Assembly (NCBI GenBank): GCA_018668255.1 | Contig: JABISZ010000073.1 | Location: forward strand, 35,185 to 99,184 | DNA from: Pseudomonadota bacterium | Lineage (GTDB): Bacteria > Pseudomonadota > Gammaproteobacteria > Ga0077536 | Length of the DNA: 64,000 nt | Direction: 5' to 3' | Shown: positions 31,644 to 40,831 of the stretch, in pieces | Position numbering within the stretch: the first letter of the stretch is position 1 | Layout: every line of letters begins with the position of its first letter | Position numbers and translations under genes: made by a program | Notes under the pieces: model-generated | What the model saw: the letters and a program-made list of their open reading frames with translations, nothing else | What the model was told of the DNA's origin: nothing | The model's database searches: none

Positions 31644-33290
31644 TTATTTTGCGTGGTTTGCGGCAAATTCGCTAGCACGCTCGAGGTCATGCAAGGAATT
31701 CACATTTATCCAGTGGCCATGAATGTATATCACACGAATAGGACGACCATTTAATACAAGCTTGTTTAACAAATCTTTCATATCAAACGAAGGAAATTTT
31801 TTGCTTTCGGACAGCTGATCTAAAGCTTCTTCTATCCATTTTCTGCCTTCTCCATGGACTCGCATCATGCCGATCCAGCGTCCATCGGAGCTCGAATTCT
31901 CTCTACAAGACTGCTCGCTGATCTGCTGGAGAAGAATGTCTTGGCCCCATAAAGACCGGTCATCTGGTCCGCTACAATAGGCATAATCTGGAGTCTCATT
32001 TGTAGATGATTCCAGCATTTGGGAATCTACAATGATAGTTATTTCACGATCAGACTCTAAAAGGCTTCTGAGCACATACCCTCGGAATAAGACATCGCCA
32101 TACATAAGCACCATATCATCGGAGAAACTCTTTTTTGCGCATAATAGAGATGTCAACTCTCCAGTTGTCGCGTGCAAATCATTGACAATCAGTTCTATTT
32201 TTTTAGAAGGGATAGTTTCATGTTTGTAGCCACCCACTACAGCAAGATTGTCTATCCCATGTTTCTTGAATTGATCTATAAGTCTGCCGAGTAAAGGCTT
32301 GCCGTTAACGGGCAACATTACTTTGGGTCGGTCTGCAGTCAGATTTTCCAAACCAGATCCTTGTGCGGCAGCGAGTAGGATGGCTTTTAAGTCTCTTTTT
32401 GTGCCTAAGAAATACTGTTTTTCTGCTGCTTGCAACTCCTCGGCCCCTTGCAAGCGAAAAATTTCTTTGACAGTCGCGATGTCGTCTTCTACCTCAACTA
32501 AATTTTCTTTCAACTGAATTTTTCTTGCAGTATCTTGCATTGCGGTTACTGAGCTTCTAATTAAATGGTTGGCCCAAATCACAAGGTTTATCTTCGCGTC
32601 TCGAAAGACTTTCGTGGGGGTGCTGTAGTACTTTGTAGGGACTATTACAAGCGGAGCTCTGCCGGCCCATTCGTGGGCAAATTCGATGATTTGATCCGCT
32701 TCGGAGTGAGCGCTATGAATTAATATTGCATCTGCTCCTGCCTTTCTATAGGCCTCTGCTCTTCGCAGTGCTTCTGCTGTATTCCAACCGGCAATATAGG
32801 CCTCGACGCGGGCTACAATACAAAAATCATCATCTGTTTGAGAGTCTTTTCCTGCGGCAATTTTCCCACAAAATTCATCTATATTTGCTAGCTCTTGTTT
32901 CTCTCCCGAAATAAAGCTATTTGTCTTAGGGAATAATTTATCTTCTATGCATACCCCAGATACTCCACGTTGTTCCAGCTTTCGAACCAGACGACGCATA
33001 TTGTTGAAATTTCCATACCCGGTATCGCCATCCAAAAGAATTGGGATATTGCAGGCGTCGACCATAAATTCGACCATATCGACCACCTGTGTCCAACTGG
33101 CTTCGTTGTTATCTCTAACGCCATATTGAGCCGATAAGGCAAGGCCACTAGCCCATATTCCACTAAAGCCTGCTTCTTCAGCGATTCGTGCGCTTATTCC
33201 ATTGTGCGCTTCTAAAATGAACTCGAGGTTGTCCGAGAGCAGGAGAGCTTTCAGCTTTGAGGTATTTGTTTTTTTTTGATTAAGTAACAT
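31644..33290 (-). CDS. ppm: Bifunctional phosphoenolpyruvate phosphomutase / phosphonate cytidylyltransferase (Ppm-PntC-type fusion)
   Basis: 548 aa. The N-terminal ~290 aa carry the PEP mutase signature ([33 protein letters not shown]). The C-terminal ~250 aa is a nucleotidyltransferase fold ([25 protein letters not shown]). Fusions of this kind are reported for phosphonate-activating cytidylyltransferases. Confidence 0.8.
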   Translation of the reverse strand: MLLNQKKTNTSKLKALLLSDNLEFILEAHNGISARIAEEAGFSGIWASGLALSAQYGVRDNNEASWTQVVDMVEFMVDACNIPILLDGDTGYGNFNNMRRLVRKLEQRGVSGVCIEDKLFPKTNSFISGEKQELANIDEFCGKIAAGKDSQTDDDFCIVARVEAYIAGWNTAEALRRAEAYRKAGADAILIHSAHSEADQIIEFAHEWAGRAPLVIVPTKYYSTPTKVFRDAKINLVIWANHLIRSSVTAMQDTARKIQLKENLVEVEDDIATVKEIFRLQGAEELQAAEKQYFLGTKRDLKAILLAAAQGSGLENLTADRPKVMLPVNGKPLLGRLIDQFKKHGIDNLAVVGGYKHETIPSKKIELIVNDLHATTGELTSLLCAKKSFSDDMVLMYGDVLFRGYVLRSLLESDREITIIVDSQMLESSTNETPDYAYCSGPDDRSLWGQDILLQQISEQSCRENSSSDGRWIGMMRVHGEGRKWIEEALDQLSESKKFPSFDMKDLLNKLVLNGRPIRVIYIHGHWINVNSLHDLERASEFAANHAK

Positions 33291-34023
33291 TTATTTTAGG
33301 CAATATTTCTTGTGAAGCTCGCTCAATATCCTCAGGGTAATCTATTTCTATCCAAGGGAGTCCGGTTATGTCCTCCACTCCTATATTATAGCCTGCATTG
33401 ATCGCAAGTTCTCGCAGCGCTTCTTCATGCGGTTGAGACTCCATACCAGCTTCAATAAATTCAGCGATAATTTCTTTCAGTCTTGCCGCAGTACTTGCGC
33501 AAAATTTGAAGAAACCGACTGACTCGCCTATTTGGTCATATATCAGGCTAGGGTCTATTTTTTTTCTGAATTCCACAATTCGCTCATTCTCTATGCATAT
33601 TTTTACGGGCTCATCTCCGTCTATGTAATGCCGGTCAATTAAGAAACAATCTTTAGAAGGGCTATGGATTAGCCGAGATAATATCTCAGGATGATATAAG
33701 ACATCAGCATCCATAACTAGAACATCACTGGTACCATCACACAAAACATCTCGCATACTCCAAAGGCTAACAATTGAACCCAAATCATATAAAGGGTTGT
33801 GCTCATGAGATATATCCGTCAACCCTTTTTGCTCAAGCCTTTTGAGTACGTTGAGTGCCTCATGTCCAAGGCAGAGATTGATGTCAGTTACTCCTAGTTT
33901 CCTAAGTGTGCGAATGTGTCTTTCAAGAAGAGAGGTACCGTCAAATTCTAAGAGGCACTTTGCAGTCACATGCGCAGAGCTAATACGATTCCCCACTCCT
34001 GCGGCCAGTATTATAGCCTTCAT
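33280..34023 (-). CDS. Nucleotidyltransferase (LicC/sugar-phosphate NTP-transferase family)
   Basis: 247 aa beginning [14 protein letters not shown], a G-x-G-x-R nucleotidyltransferase motif. It overlaps ppm by 11 bp and the upstream gene by 4 bp. Confidence 0.65.
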   Translation of the reverse strand: MKAIILAAGVGNRISSAHVTAKCLLEFDGTSLLERHIRTLRKLGVTDINLCLGHEALNVLKRLEQKGLTDISHEHNPLYDLGSIVSLWSMRDVLCDGTSDVLVMDADVLYHPEILSRLIHSPSKDCFLIDRHYIDGDEPVKICIENERIVEFRKKIDPSLIYDQIGESVGFFKFCASTAARLKEIIAEFIEAGMESQPHEEALRELAINAGYNIGVEDITGLPWIEIDYPEDIERASQEILPKINVT

Positions 34024-34808
34024 TGTGGCTTCTTAAGCAGGCGCGCCAGAGTTTTGCCAACGCCGAAATATGCGAATGCGTCTTTCAGCTGTCCGTAGAA
34101 ATATCCAAAGTTTGAAATACCCTTATCCGTAAGGTACTCAAGCGTCAATACGGTTCGCTTGTCTCGCGGTTTGGCCGGTGTAACTCGATGTCGAATGTTG
34201 TCTCCATTAAAAAAAACAAGAGAACCGGGTGAAATTTTCGTGCTACACATTATAGTTTCCTTACGATCATCTTTGCTAAACAGCTCGTATTCGAGCGCAC
34301 AGCAAGAGTCGTCTACGAGGCCTATCAGACAGGTATATCGAGAACCTCTATAATATGATTTGTCGTAATGAAATCCGATGTGGTCTCCTTCTCGGTCGTA
34401 GGAATACACGGCATAGGCATGAGGATCGCTCTCAGGGCAGTATAGGAGTGATTTACCGACTACAGAACTTAAGAAGCTCCTGAGTGAAGCTGAAGTGTAG
34501 ATAGAGCTGAATATTGGAGCGTTCAGGTCCAAATCAAATCTCGAGATGCTACCCCCTTTTTTGTGTTTAGGTATAAAACTTCTGTGAATATATGGTTCGA
34601 GTTGAGGTAGACTCTCTTGCATAGAGCACAGAAGAGAGTGGGGTAAAAAATCGTCTATTTGTATAAACTCGTCGTTTGTTCGAAATTCAGTCTGTGAGCT
34701 GTTGGCTTGTATGCTACTCAATCGATTTAAAGGGTCGATTTCAGCAGCTGATTTGTAACTAGCGATGGTCATGTGACGGTAAACAACCTTTTTTTCACTG
34801 ACGCTCAT
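34020..34808 (-). CDS. 2OG-Fe(II) oxygenase-like protein (putative hydroxylase)
   Basis: 262 aa. An HxD..H arrangement (GDHIGFHYD ... NGDNIRHRV) with a downstream R fits the double-stranded beta-helix fold. The family assignment is tentative. Confidence 0.4.
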   Translation of the reverse strand: MSVSEKKVVYRHMTIASYKSAAEIDPLNRLSSIQANSSQTEFRTNDEFIQIDDFLPHSLLCSMQESLPQLEPYIHRSFIPKHKKGGSISRFDLDLNAPIFSSIYTSASLRSFLSSVVGKSLLYCPESDPHAYAVYSYDREGDHIGFHYDKSYYRGSRYTCLIGLVDDSCCALEYELFSKDDRKETIMCSTKISPGSLVFFNGDNIRHRVTPAKPRDKRTVLTLEYLTDKGISNFGYFYGQLKDAFAYFGVGKTLARLLKKPQ

Positions 34809-34911
34809 CTTTGGAAAGGATTCCCCCAGACAAAGAGGGCCTGTTTTTCATAGTGTAATTTGCTGAGCGTCCGGTGATTATGCCATAGTCCGACAATGCG
34901 TAACCATAAAA

Positions 34912-35934
34912 TTGGCTAATAAAATGTCAAAAATCATCAAGTTTCTATTTTTATTATTCGGTATCGGGTTGCTGGTAGCGGTTACTTACCAGACTGACTT
35001 GACCCAATTAGCGAGGCACATTTCTGCTATTGGTCTTTTCGGGGTTGCTTTAATTCTTACCGTTTATATTCTGTACTTCGGAGCTGATGTCCTGAGTTGG
35101 CAAATCACTATGGTGAAGATTCCTGTGACATTTCTTTGGTTCGGTCGTCTTTACGTGGTGCGGATGATTGGCGAAGCTTATAACAACCTTACGCCGACAG
35201 CATCCTTAGGGGGGGAGCCCATTAAGGCGTGGTTGTTAAAATCGAATTGGGCGATCCCACTTAGAGATTCAGCATCCTCGTTGGTTATTGCAAAAACAGC
35301 AAGCATGTTCTCCTTATCCCTTTTCGGTAGTGTAGGTGTCCTCTTTCTTTTTCAGAGTTCTGCATTTGCGGGGGAGCAGAAAAGTATTGCGCTAGGCGGA
35401 TTGATTTTTATAGTGTTTTCTTCCGTGATCTTTTTTATGATGCAATATTTCCGCTTTTCATCCTATCTGGTGGGTAAAATTTCAAGCAATCGATTTGCTG
35501 GATTGTTAAAAAAAGCTTTTAGCACAATAGAAGATATAGACAAGAGGTTTGATGTCTTCTATCGGGAGCATAGTCTGCGTTTCGGATTCGCTTGCTTAGC
35601 GGCTATGGCTAATTGGTTAATCGGCGTTGTTGAGGTTTTTGTGATCTTGTATCTCATTGGTTATCCATTGTCTCTTGCGGAGGTGTTTATTATAGAAAGC
35701 CTTGTCCAACTGGTCCGTACAATCACATTTTTTGTTCCGGCAGGGCTGGGCACTCAAGAAGGGGCATTTTTTATTGTCGTCGGTGCCCTTACTGGGGTGT
35801 CTTCTGCAGGCTTGGCAGTGGCTCTCATCAGGCGATTTAGAGAGTTAATTTGGTTGGCAGTAAGTTTTTTGTTAGCGATATTTTACTCAGTAAGGCCCAG
35901 AACGATTTCAAAATTAGATTTTAAGGAGCTTTAG
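34912..35934 (+). CDS. UPF0104 flippase-like/LPG-synthase-TM family membrane protein, HpnL-like
   Basis: 340 aa with about 8 predicted TM segments and charged loops typical of the lysyl-PG-synthase TM (flippase-like) family. It is embedded in the hpn/phosphonate block. Confidence 0.5.
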   Translation: MANKMSKIIKFLFLLFGIGLLVAVTYQTDLTQLARHISAIGLFGVALILTVYILYFGADVLSWQITMVKIPVTFLWFGRLYVVRMIGEAYNNLTPTASLGGEPIKAWLLKSNWAIPLRDSASSLVIAKTASMFSLSLFGSVGVLFLFQSSAFAGEQKSIALGGLIFIVFSSVIFFMMQYFRFSSYLVGKISSNRFAGLLKKAFSTIEDIDKRFDVFYREHSLRFGFACLAAMANWLIGVVEVFVILYLIGYPLSLAEVFIIESLVQLVRTITFFVPAGLGTQEGAFFIVVGALTGVSSAGLAVALIRRFRELIWLAVSFLLAIFYSVRPRTISKLDFKEL

Positions 35935-35943
35935 TTCTTTCAT

Positions 35944-36936
35944 TCAACCTATCATTTTCATTTTACGGAACCACTCCAATGAGTCATGAATGGCTATTTT
36001 TGCGGGGCGCGCACTATAGCCAAGTTCTTTAGAGGCTCGTGCCGATGAAAAGAACATTTTATGTGCAGCCATCCTTAACCCATCAACTGTGGCTTGCGGT
36101 TCCGCCCCATTAATTAGGCCTGCCCACACTTCAGAGGCAAATGCAATTGGGTAGACAATCGCTCTGGGAATTCTTATGCGAGGTGGAGGATGGTTACAGT
36201 AAGCGGCAACAATGTCGAGGATCTCTTTTAGAGTTTGGTTCTCGCCGCCAAGAATATATCTTCGTCCAACTTGACCTTTGTCATAAGCCAGCAAATGTCC
36301 TGTTGCTACATCGTCTACATGAGCGACATTCAGTCCGGTATCAATGTATGCAGGCATGCGACGATTGGCGGCATCTCTTATGATTCTTCCTGTAGGGGTC
36401 GGTTTAGGATCACGCGGTCCGATCGGTGTAGACGGGTTTACAATGACAGCGGGCAGATTTTCCTCCGCTACAAGACGATCGACAACTTTTTCAGCTAAAA
36501 ATTTTGAACGTTTGTAGTGACCAATCATGTCCTTAAGATTTGAAGGCGTATCTTCGCAAGATGAAGTTCCATCATTCATTAAGCCGATAGTAGCGACACT
36601 GCTGGTATAAATTATTTTACTAACCCCTGCTCGCATTGCGGCACGCATAATGTTTTCTGTTCCTGCTACGTTATTAGCATACAATTCATCAGGGTTTTTA
36701 ACCCATAATCTATAGTCGGCCGCAACGTGATAGAGAGTGTCACATCCTTTTAACGCACGTTCCAACGAGCCACCATCTTGGAGGTCTCCGTTAACAACTG
36801 GAACATCTAGATCAGAAATGGTTCGGGTATCACTCGATACCCGCTTGAGTATCTTTAAAGGGACCCCTTTACTCAGGAGCGCTCTCGCTACAGCATTTCC
36901 AAGGAAGCCGGTTGCACCTGTTACAAGAGTCGTCAT
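35944..36936 (-). CDS. hpnA: NAD-dependent epimerase/dehydratase, hopanoid-associated HpnA-like
   Basis: 330 aa with the Rossmann motif VTGATGFLGNAV and a YxxxK-type SDR core. It is coupled by a 4-bp overlap to the CDP-alcohol phosphatidyltransferase, in the same operon as hpnN and hpnG. Confidence 0.6.
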   Translation of the reverse strand: MTTLVTGATGFLGNAVARALLSKGVPLKILKRVSSDTRTISDLDVPVVNGDLQDGGSLERALKGCDTLYHVAADYRLWVKNPDELYANNVAGTENIMRAAMRAGVSKIIYTSSVATIGLMNDGTSSCEDTPSNLKDMIGHYKRSKFLAEKVVDRLVAEENLPAVIVNPSTPIGPRDPKPTPTGRIIRDAANRRMPAYIDTGLNVAHVDDVATGHLLAYDKGQVGRRYILGGENQTLKEILDIVAAYCNHPPPRIRIPRAIVYPIAFASEVWAGLINGAEPQATVDGLRMAAHKMFFSSARASKELGYSARPAKIAIHDSLEWFRKMKMIG

Positions 36937-37541
36937 TTTTCTTCAACCATGATTTTGCCGTACTGGAAAACGACAAATGCAGCAGCTAAAGGAGCGCCAA
37001 GGCTAGCTAGGTATAAAAAATAATTTAAACCCTCTAAGAGGGTGACAATTGGAATTAAATACAGAATATCTTCTGCCTCGAACCCCCCCCAAAAAGCCTG
37101 ATCAATTTTCGACTTTCCATGCTTTTCTTCTATTAAATAGCGTAAGTGGAAGATAAGTGCTACTGATACTCCTGAAATTACGCCGGCTTCTAAGGCGTAA
37201 TTAGTTTCTGGGGAGAGAGCAACACCAACGCCTATTCCCACAAACATTAATACGGTCACTAAGGCATCAGATGCTAGATCAAAAATATGTCCAAATCTAC
37301 TTTGTTTATCTGCAAGTCGAGCTAACTCTCCATCCATATGATCAATAAAGTTAGATGAGATGATGAGTACTGCAGCTGTATTGAGATAAGTTCCCTTGGC
37401 AAAGAGCCACGCGCCTGCAAGCCCTACAACTAGTCTTAGTAGAGTGAAGTGATTAGGATGGATTGTGTTGGAGTCTTTAAAAGGCGCTATCAGCCAAGCC
37501 GCAGCTTTCGCATCCCAAGGTTTATGTCGCAATTTCCGCAC
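36933..37541 (-). CDS. CDP-alcohol phosphatidyltransferase family protein
   Basis: 202 aa with about 5 TM segments and a DHMDGELARLADKQSRFGHIFDLASDAL motif, i.e. D-G-x2-A-R...G-x3-D-x3-D. It overlaps hpnN by 20 bp and hpnA by 4 bp. Confidence 0.8.
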   Translation of the reverse strand: MRKLRHKPWDAKAAAWLIAPFKDSNTIHPNHFTLLRLVVGLAGAWLFAKGTYLNTAAVLIISSNFIDHMDGELARLADKQSRFGHIFDLASDALVTVLMFVGIGVGVALSPETNYALEAGVISGVSVALIFHLRYLIEEKHGKSKIDQAFWGGFEAEDILYLIPIVTLLEGLNYFLYLASLGAPLAAAFVVFQYGKIMVEEK

Positions 37542-40155
37542 CCCTTTTTACATATCTGCGAAGTAGTAGTGGAAGACATCCCAGCGTACTAATTAAAGTT
37601 ACTGAAAGGCCTAAGCTGAGTAAAAGACCCATACTTCCTGTACCCGCATGAGGTGAAATAGCCAAGTTGCCAAAGCTAGCCATGGTAGTCAGTGTGCTTA
37701 GAAACACTCCTCGTGCGGTACTGGTTTGCATGAAATTTATAGATAGGCCGTCCTGGTTAATATGACGATGAATAATATGAAGCGTGCTATCAACGCCAAT
37801 GCCGACGATCAAGGGGAGAGCAATGATGTTGGCAAAATTAAACGGCAAGCCGACTAAAACCATGATGGAAGTTGTTGCTACACACGCTAAGAGCATAGGT
37901 ACGAGAGCGATTACTACATGGGAAGATTTTCTCAAAGACACCCACAGCACTCCAATGATAACGAGACAGGCGGTCGCAAATGCTTGAGCGAACGAACTAA
38001 GTACTGAACGACTCGCTTCCAGGCTGACAATAGGGGTGCCAGTAGCACTAGGGCCGGTAACTTTCCTCACCTCTGCTATAAAGTCAGAGATTTTATCATT
38101 CGAATCTAATGGTTCCTGCGGATTAATTTGCAGTCTGATACGCCCTTCTTCGGTTACCCATCGACTTTTAAGGACGGCGGGTAAATTCTCAAATGTAACT
38201 AAGTTTGGAGACAGGCCCTCATTTAGTTTTTTTATCAATGGAGAGAAGTGACGCATAGTCACTGCCTCCAAATCCTGTGCATATTTAAAGTTTTGGTCGC
38301 GATCGGCGGTACTCACTCGATTTAATATTTTTTGTAGTTGAACATTATAAAGGAGTGATGCTTTTGAAGGCTCGGAATGCTGTTTTATCGTTTCAATATT
38401 GCGAATTAAACTAGTTTTGAGGGCTCCAAGATCAAGGTTCGGTACGTCGATATCTTCGGCAAGTTGAAATTCTCCTCCTATCACTAGCCCTAACTCATCG
38501 ATGACAGTTAGTTTTGAGGCTTGCTTTTGCGGGATGAAAGACGACACCAAAGTAACGTCACCAACCTCTGAGACTTCAGATAGCCGTTTCTTTATTTGTA
38601 GGGCATTAGCCATATCGCTTGCAATAAATGAAATCTCGTCTAATGGACTCTCTTTGTCTAGAGATATTTCATATAAAGTTTTTACAGACTCAGCATCTTG
38701 GTTATTTAGATGGAGTGGGTTGATATCGAAAGAGATATCTTTTGAGATATATATGCCTACGGACACAAAAACAACTAGCAGAGTTATGAAGTATTTTGAC
38801 GATGTTTCGGTGGTCCCGTGATGAGAGAGCTCTTTTCTATCACCCGAAGGTCTTTTATTTTTTTGTGCCGGTAGTACTGACAGGCAGGCAGGAAGAACAG
38901 TGAAGCTCATGAGAAAGCTTACAAGCATACCCACGCCGGCTATCATTCCTAGCTCTCCTACTCCTTTGTAGTCAGTTGGGATGAATGCGAGAAAGCCTAC
39001 TGCACTAGTTAGCGCACATAATCCGAGCGGCACTACTCCATGGCGAGCCGCAGCAGTTATGGCCTCAAGCTTAGAGCGAAAGAGACTTTCTTCTTGGAAT
39101 CGCAAGCAGTAGTGAATGGTAAAGTCAGCGCCTAGGCCCACATATAAGATAGCAAAAGCTATCGAAATCATATTTAGTGTGCCTATAGCAACCGTCGCGA
39201 ATGCGGCTGTTAAGGCTAATCCTGCGAGCAAGGTGAAAAGAGTTGCTGCCAGCAAAGAAACGGATCTTAAGCCTACCAGAAGTACGACAATAATTAAGAT
39301 GAACGAGAGCGCTGCGGCTTGCTTTGCTCCTTCTATGACGCTTAGCAATTCCTCGTGGCCAAGTGCGGCAGGACCAGTGAGTCTTATGGTAATCTCCGGC
39401 CAAAGTTCTGAGTCGAAGATATTTATTACAGATCGCAGGTCAGATATGACCTTATCAGCAGGTAAAATCTGGTTGAAGTCCAACTGAGGTGTGAGAACGA
39501 TTATGCGCCTGTGCGTTTTCCCCGATGCGCGGTCGTCTTCTAAGAAACTCTGCCAAGACGTAGGGATGGAGTTTGTTCCTGAGCGTTCTAACTCTGTGGC
39601 CAGCGTCATTATGAAGCTTTCTGACTCAGGATCGTCCGTGTTTTTTGCCCGTTTATTTATCTCATTAGTGAGTGCGAGCAGCCCATTCAAACTCGGATCG
39701 GCAGCTAACCTTCCAAGCATTGCTTGAGCATTTGTGAGTTTTTTCGCTAATATTTCTACTTCTTGAAGAGAGAGATATAGAAGCTTGTTTTCTCGAAAAA
39801 AAACACTGTTTTGAGGGTAAAAAACTTGTTGTGGACTAAAACCTAACTCAGAGAGCTGAGATATGAAGAGTTCAGCGGCTTCATCAGTTAAGTCGGGAGT
39901 TGGCCCTTCAATCACTATCGCGATCGTGTCAGAGAAAAAAGGGAAAGCCTGCTTGAAGTCTGTTTGTGCGACTCTCCATGGTACCTCGGACGAGATCATA
40001 TCTTCGGTGTTGGTGTTGATTTTTGCATGCAATATGGTTACCCAGGTACATACACTAGCGGCTAGAAAAGCCATACATAGAACCCAATATTTGTGTTTTA
40101 CGCTGGACCGAGTAATGGCTGCCATGGCCTTTAAGGAGATGTTCTTTAGAGACAT
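37522..40155 (-). CDS. hpnN: RND/MMPL-family hopanoid transporter HpnN-like
   Basis: 877 aa with two six-TM bundles separated by large periplasmic domains. The size and architecture are typical of HpnN/MMPL exporters. It overlaps hpnG by 10 bp. Confidence 0.7.
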   Translation of the reverse strand: MSLKNISLKAMAAITRSSVKHKYWVLCMAFLAASVCTWVTILHAKINTNTEDMISSEVPWRVAQTDFKQAFPFFSDTIAIVIEGPTPDLTDEAAELFISQLSELGFSPQQVFYPQNSVFFRENKLLYLSLQEVEILAKKLTNAQAMLGRLAADPSLNGLLALTNEINKRAKNTDDPESESFIMTLATELERSGTNSIPTSWQSFLEDDRASGKTHRRIIVLTPQLDFNQILPADKVISDLRSVINIFDSELWPEITIRLTGPAALGHEELLSVIEGAKQAAALSFILIIVVLLVGLRSVSLLAATLFTLLAGLALTAAFATVAIGTLNMISIAFAILYVGLGADFTIHYCLRFQEESLFRSKLEAITAAARHGVVPLGLCALTSAVGFLAFIPTDYKGVGELGMIAGVGMLVSFLMSFTVLPACLSVLPAQKNKRPSGDRKELSHHGTTETSSKYFITLLVVFVSVGIYISKDISFDINPLHLNNQDAESVKTLYEISLDKESPLDEISFIASDMANALQIKKRLSEVSEVGDVTLVSSFIPQKQASKLTVIDELGLVIGGEFQLAEDIDVPNLDLGALKTSLIRNIETIKQHSEPSKASLLYNVQLQKILNRVSTADRDQNFKYAQDLEAVTMRHFSPLIKKLNEGLSPNLVTFENLPAVLKSRWVTEEGRIRLQINPQEPLDSNDKISDFIAEVRKVTGPSATGTPIVSLEASRSVLSSFAQAFATACLVIIGVLWVSLRKSSHVVIALVPMLLACVATTSIMVLVGLPFNFANIIALPLIVGIGVDSTLHIIHRHINQDGLSINFMQTSTARGVFLSTLTTMASFGNLAISPHAGTGSMGLLLSLGLSVTLISTLGCLPLLLRRYVKRGAEIAT

Positions 40156-40829
40156 CGTTGTAGTAGAGCAGCTGCTTTTTTGAGTTGGCGAAGCGCTGAA
40201 TAGTAATTCAAGCCTAGCCGCATTAGCGAAAACAGTTGCAATGGGTTCTGTGTCAGTTCTTTAATGAGTTGGAAAACATTAACCTCTCCATTGTTTTTAA
40301 ATGAGCTAGTCGCGGCCACGGGAAGGTCATAGTCTGAGCGGTCAACTATGCACCGAACAGCAATAAAGTTTATTTTCGCATCACATGCTACTTTTGCAAT
40401 CGCAGCGCTTTCCATATCTACACTTTCAGCGCGGAATTTTTCGCGCAGCTCTTGCTTTTCTATCGCTAAGGGCACTGGTTTTTCAGCGCTGTAGAGTAAC
40501 CCACCTACTTTGGGATCTAAAGATCTGAACGTTTCTACCAGTGACTTAAGATCATCGGAATCAAATTTAAAGGATTCACTTCGATCATTTATAACGGCAC
40601 TGGTTACTATAAGATCCCCCACGGTAAGTTGTGGGTCTAATGCTCCAGCCACTCCCCAACTGATGAGACAGTCGCATCCTTGTTCCAGAAGACTTTTCGC
40701 CGACAACCTCGCATTTGTTTGTCCGGCGGACCCAGTGGCAAAATGCCAGCTGTTTTGTTCTGAGTAGCCTGAATCGCTATTAAATGTTTTAGCCTCCGCA
40801 GGCATGGCGGTAATGACTCCAAAGCGCAC
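40146..40829 (-). CDS. hpnG: PNP/MTA-nucleosidase-family protein, hopanoid-associated HpnG-like (adenosylhopane nucleosidase)
   Basis: 227 aa with a GVITAMPAEA start and a GVAGALDP..VGDLIV core of the PNP_UDP_1 fold. It is the operon partner of hpnN and is preceded by the squalene-synthase-like gene. Confidence 0.6.
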   Translation of the reverse strand: MRFGVITAMPAEAKTFNSDSGYSEQNSWHFATGSAGQTNARLSAKSLLEQGCDCLISWGVAGALDPQLTVGDLIVTSAVINDRSESFKFDSDDLKSLVETFRSLDPKVGGLLYSAEKPVPLAIEKQELREKFRAESVDMESAAIAKVACDAKINFIAVRCIVDRSDYDLPVAATSSFKNNGEVNVFQLIKELTQNPLQLFSLMRLGLNYYSALRQLKKAAALLQRCL

Positions 40830-40831
40830 GA

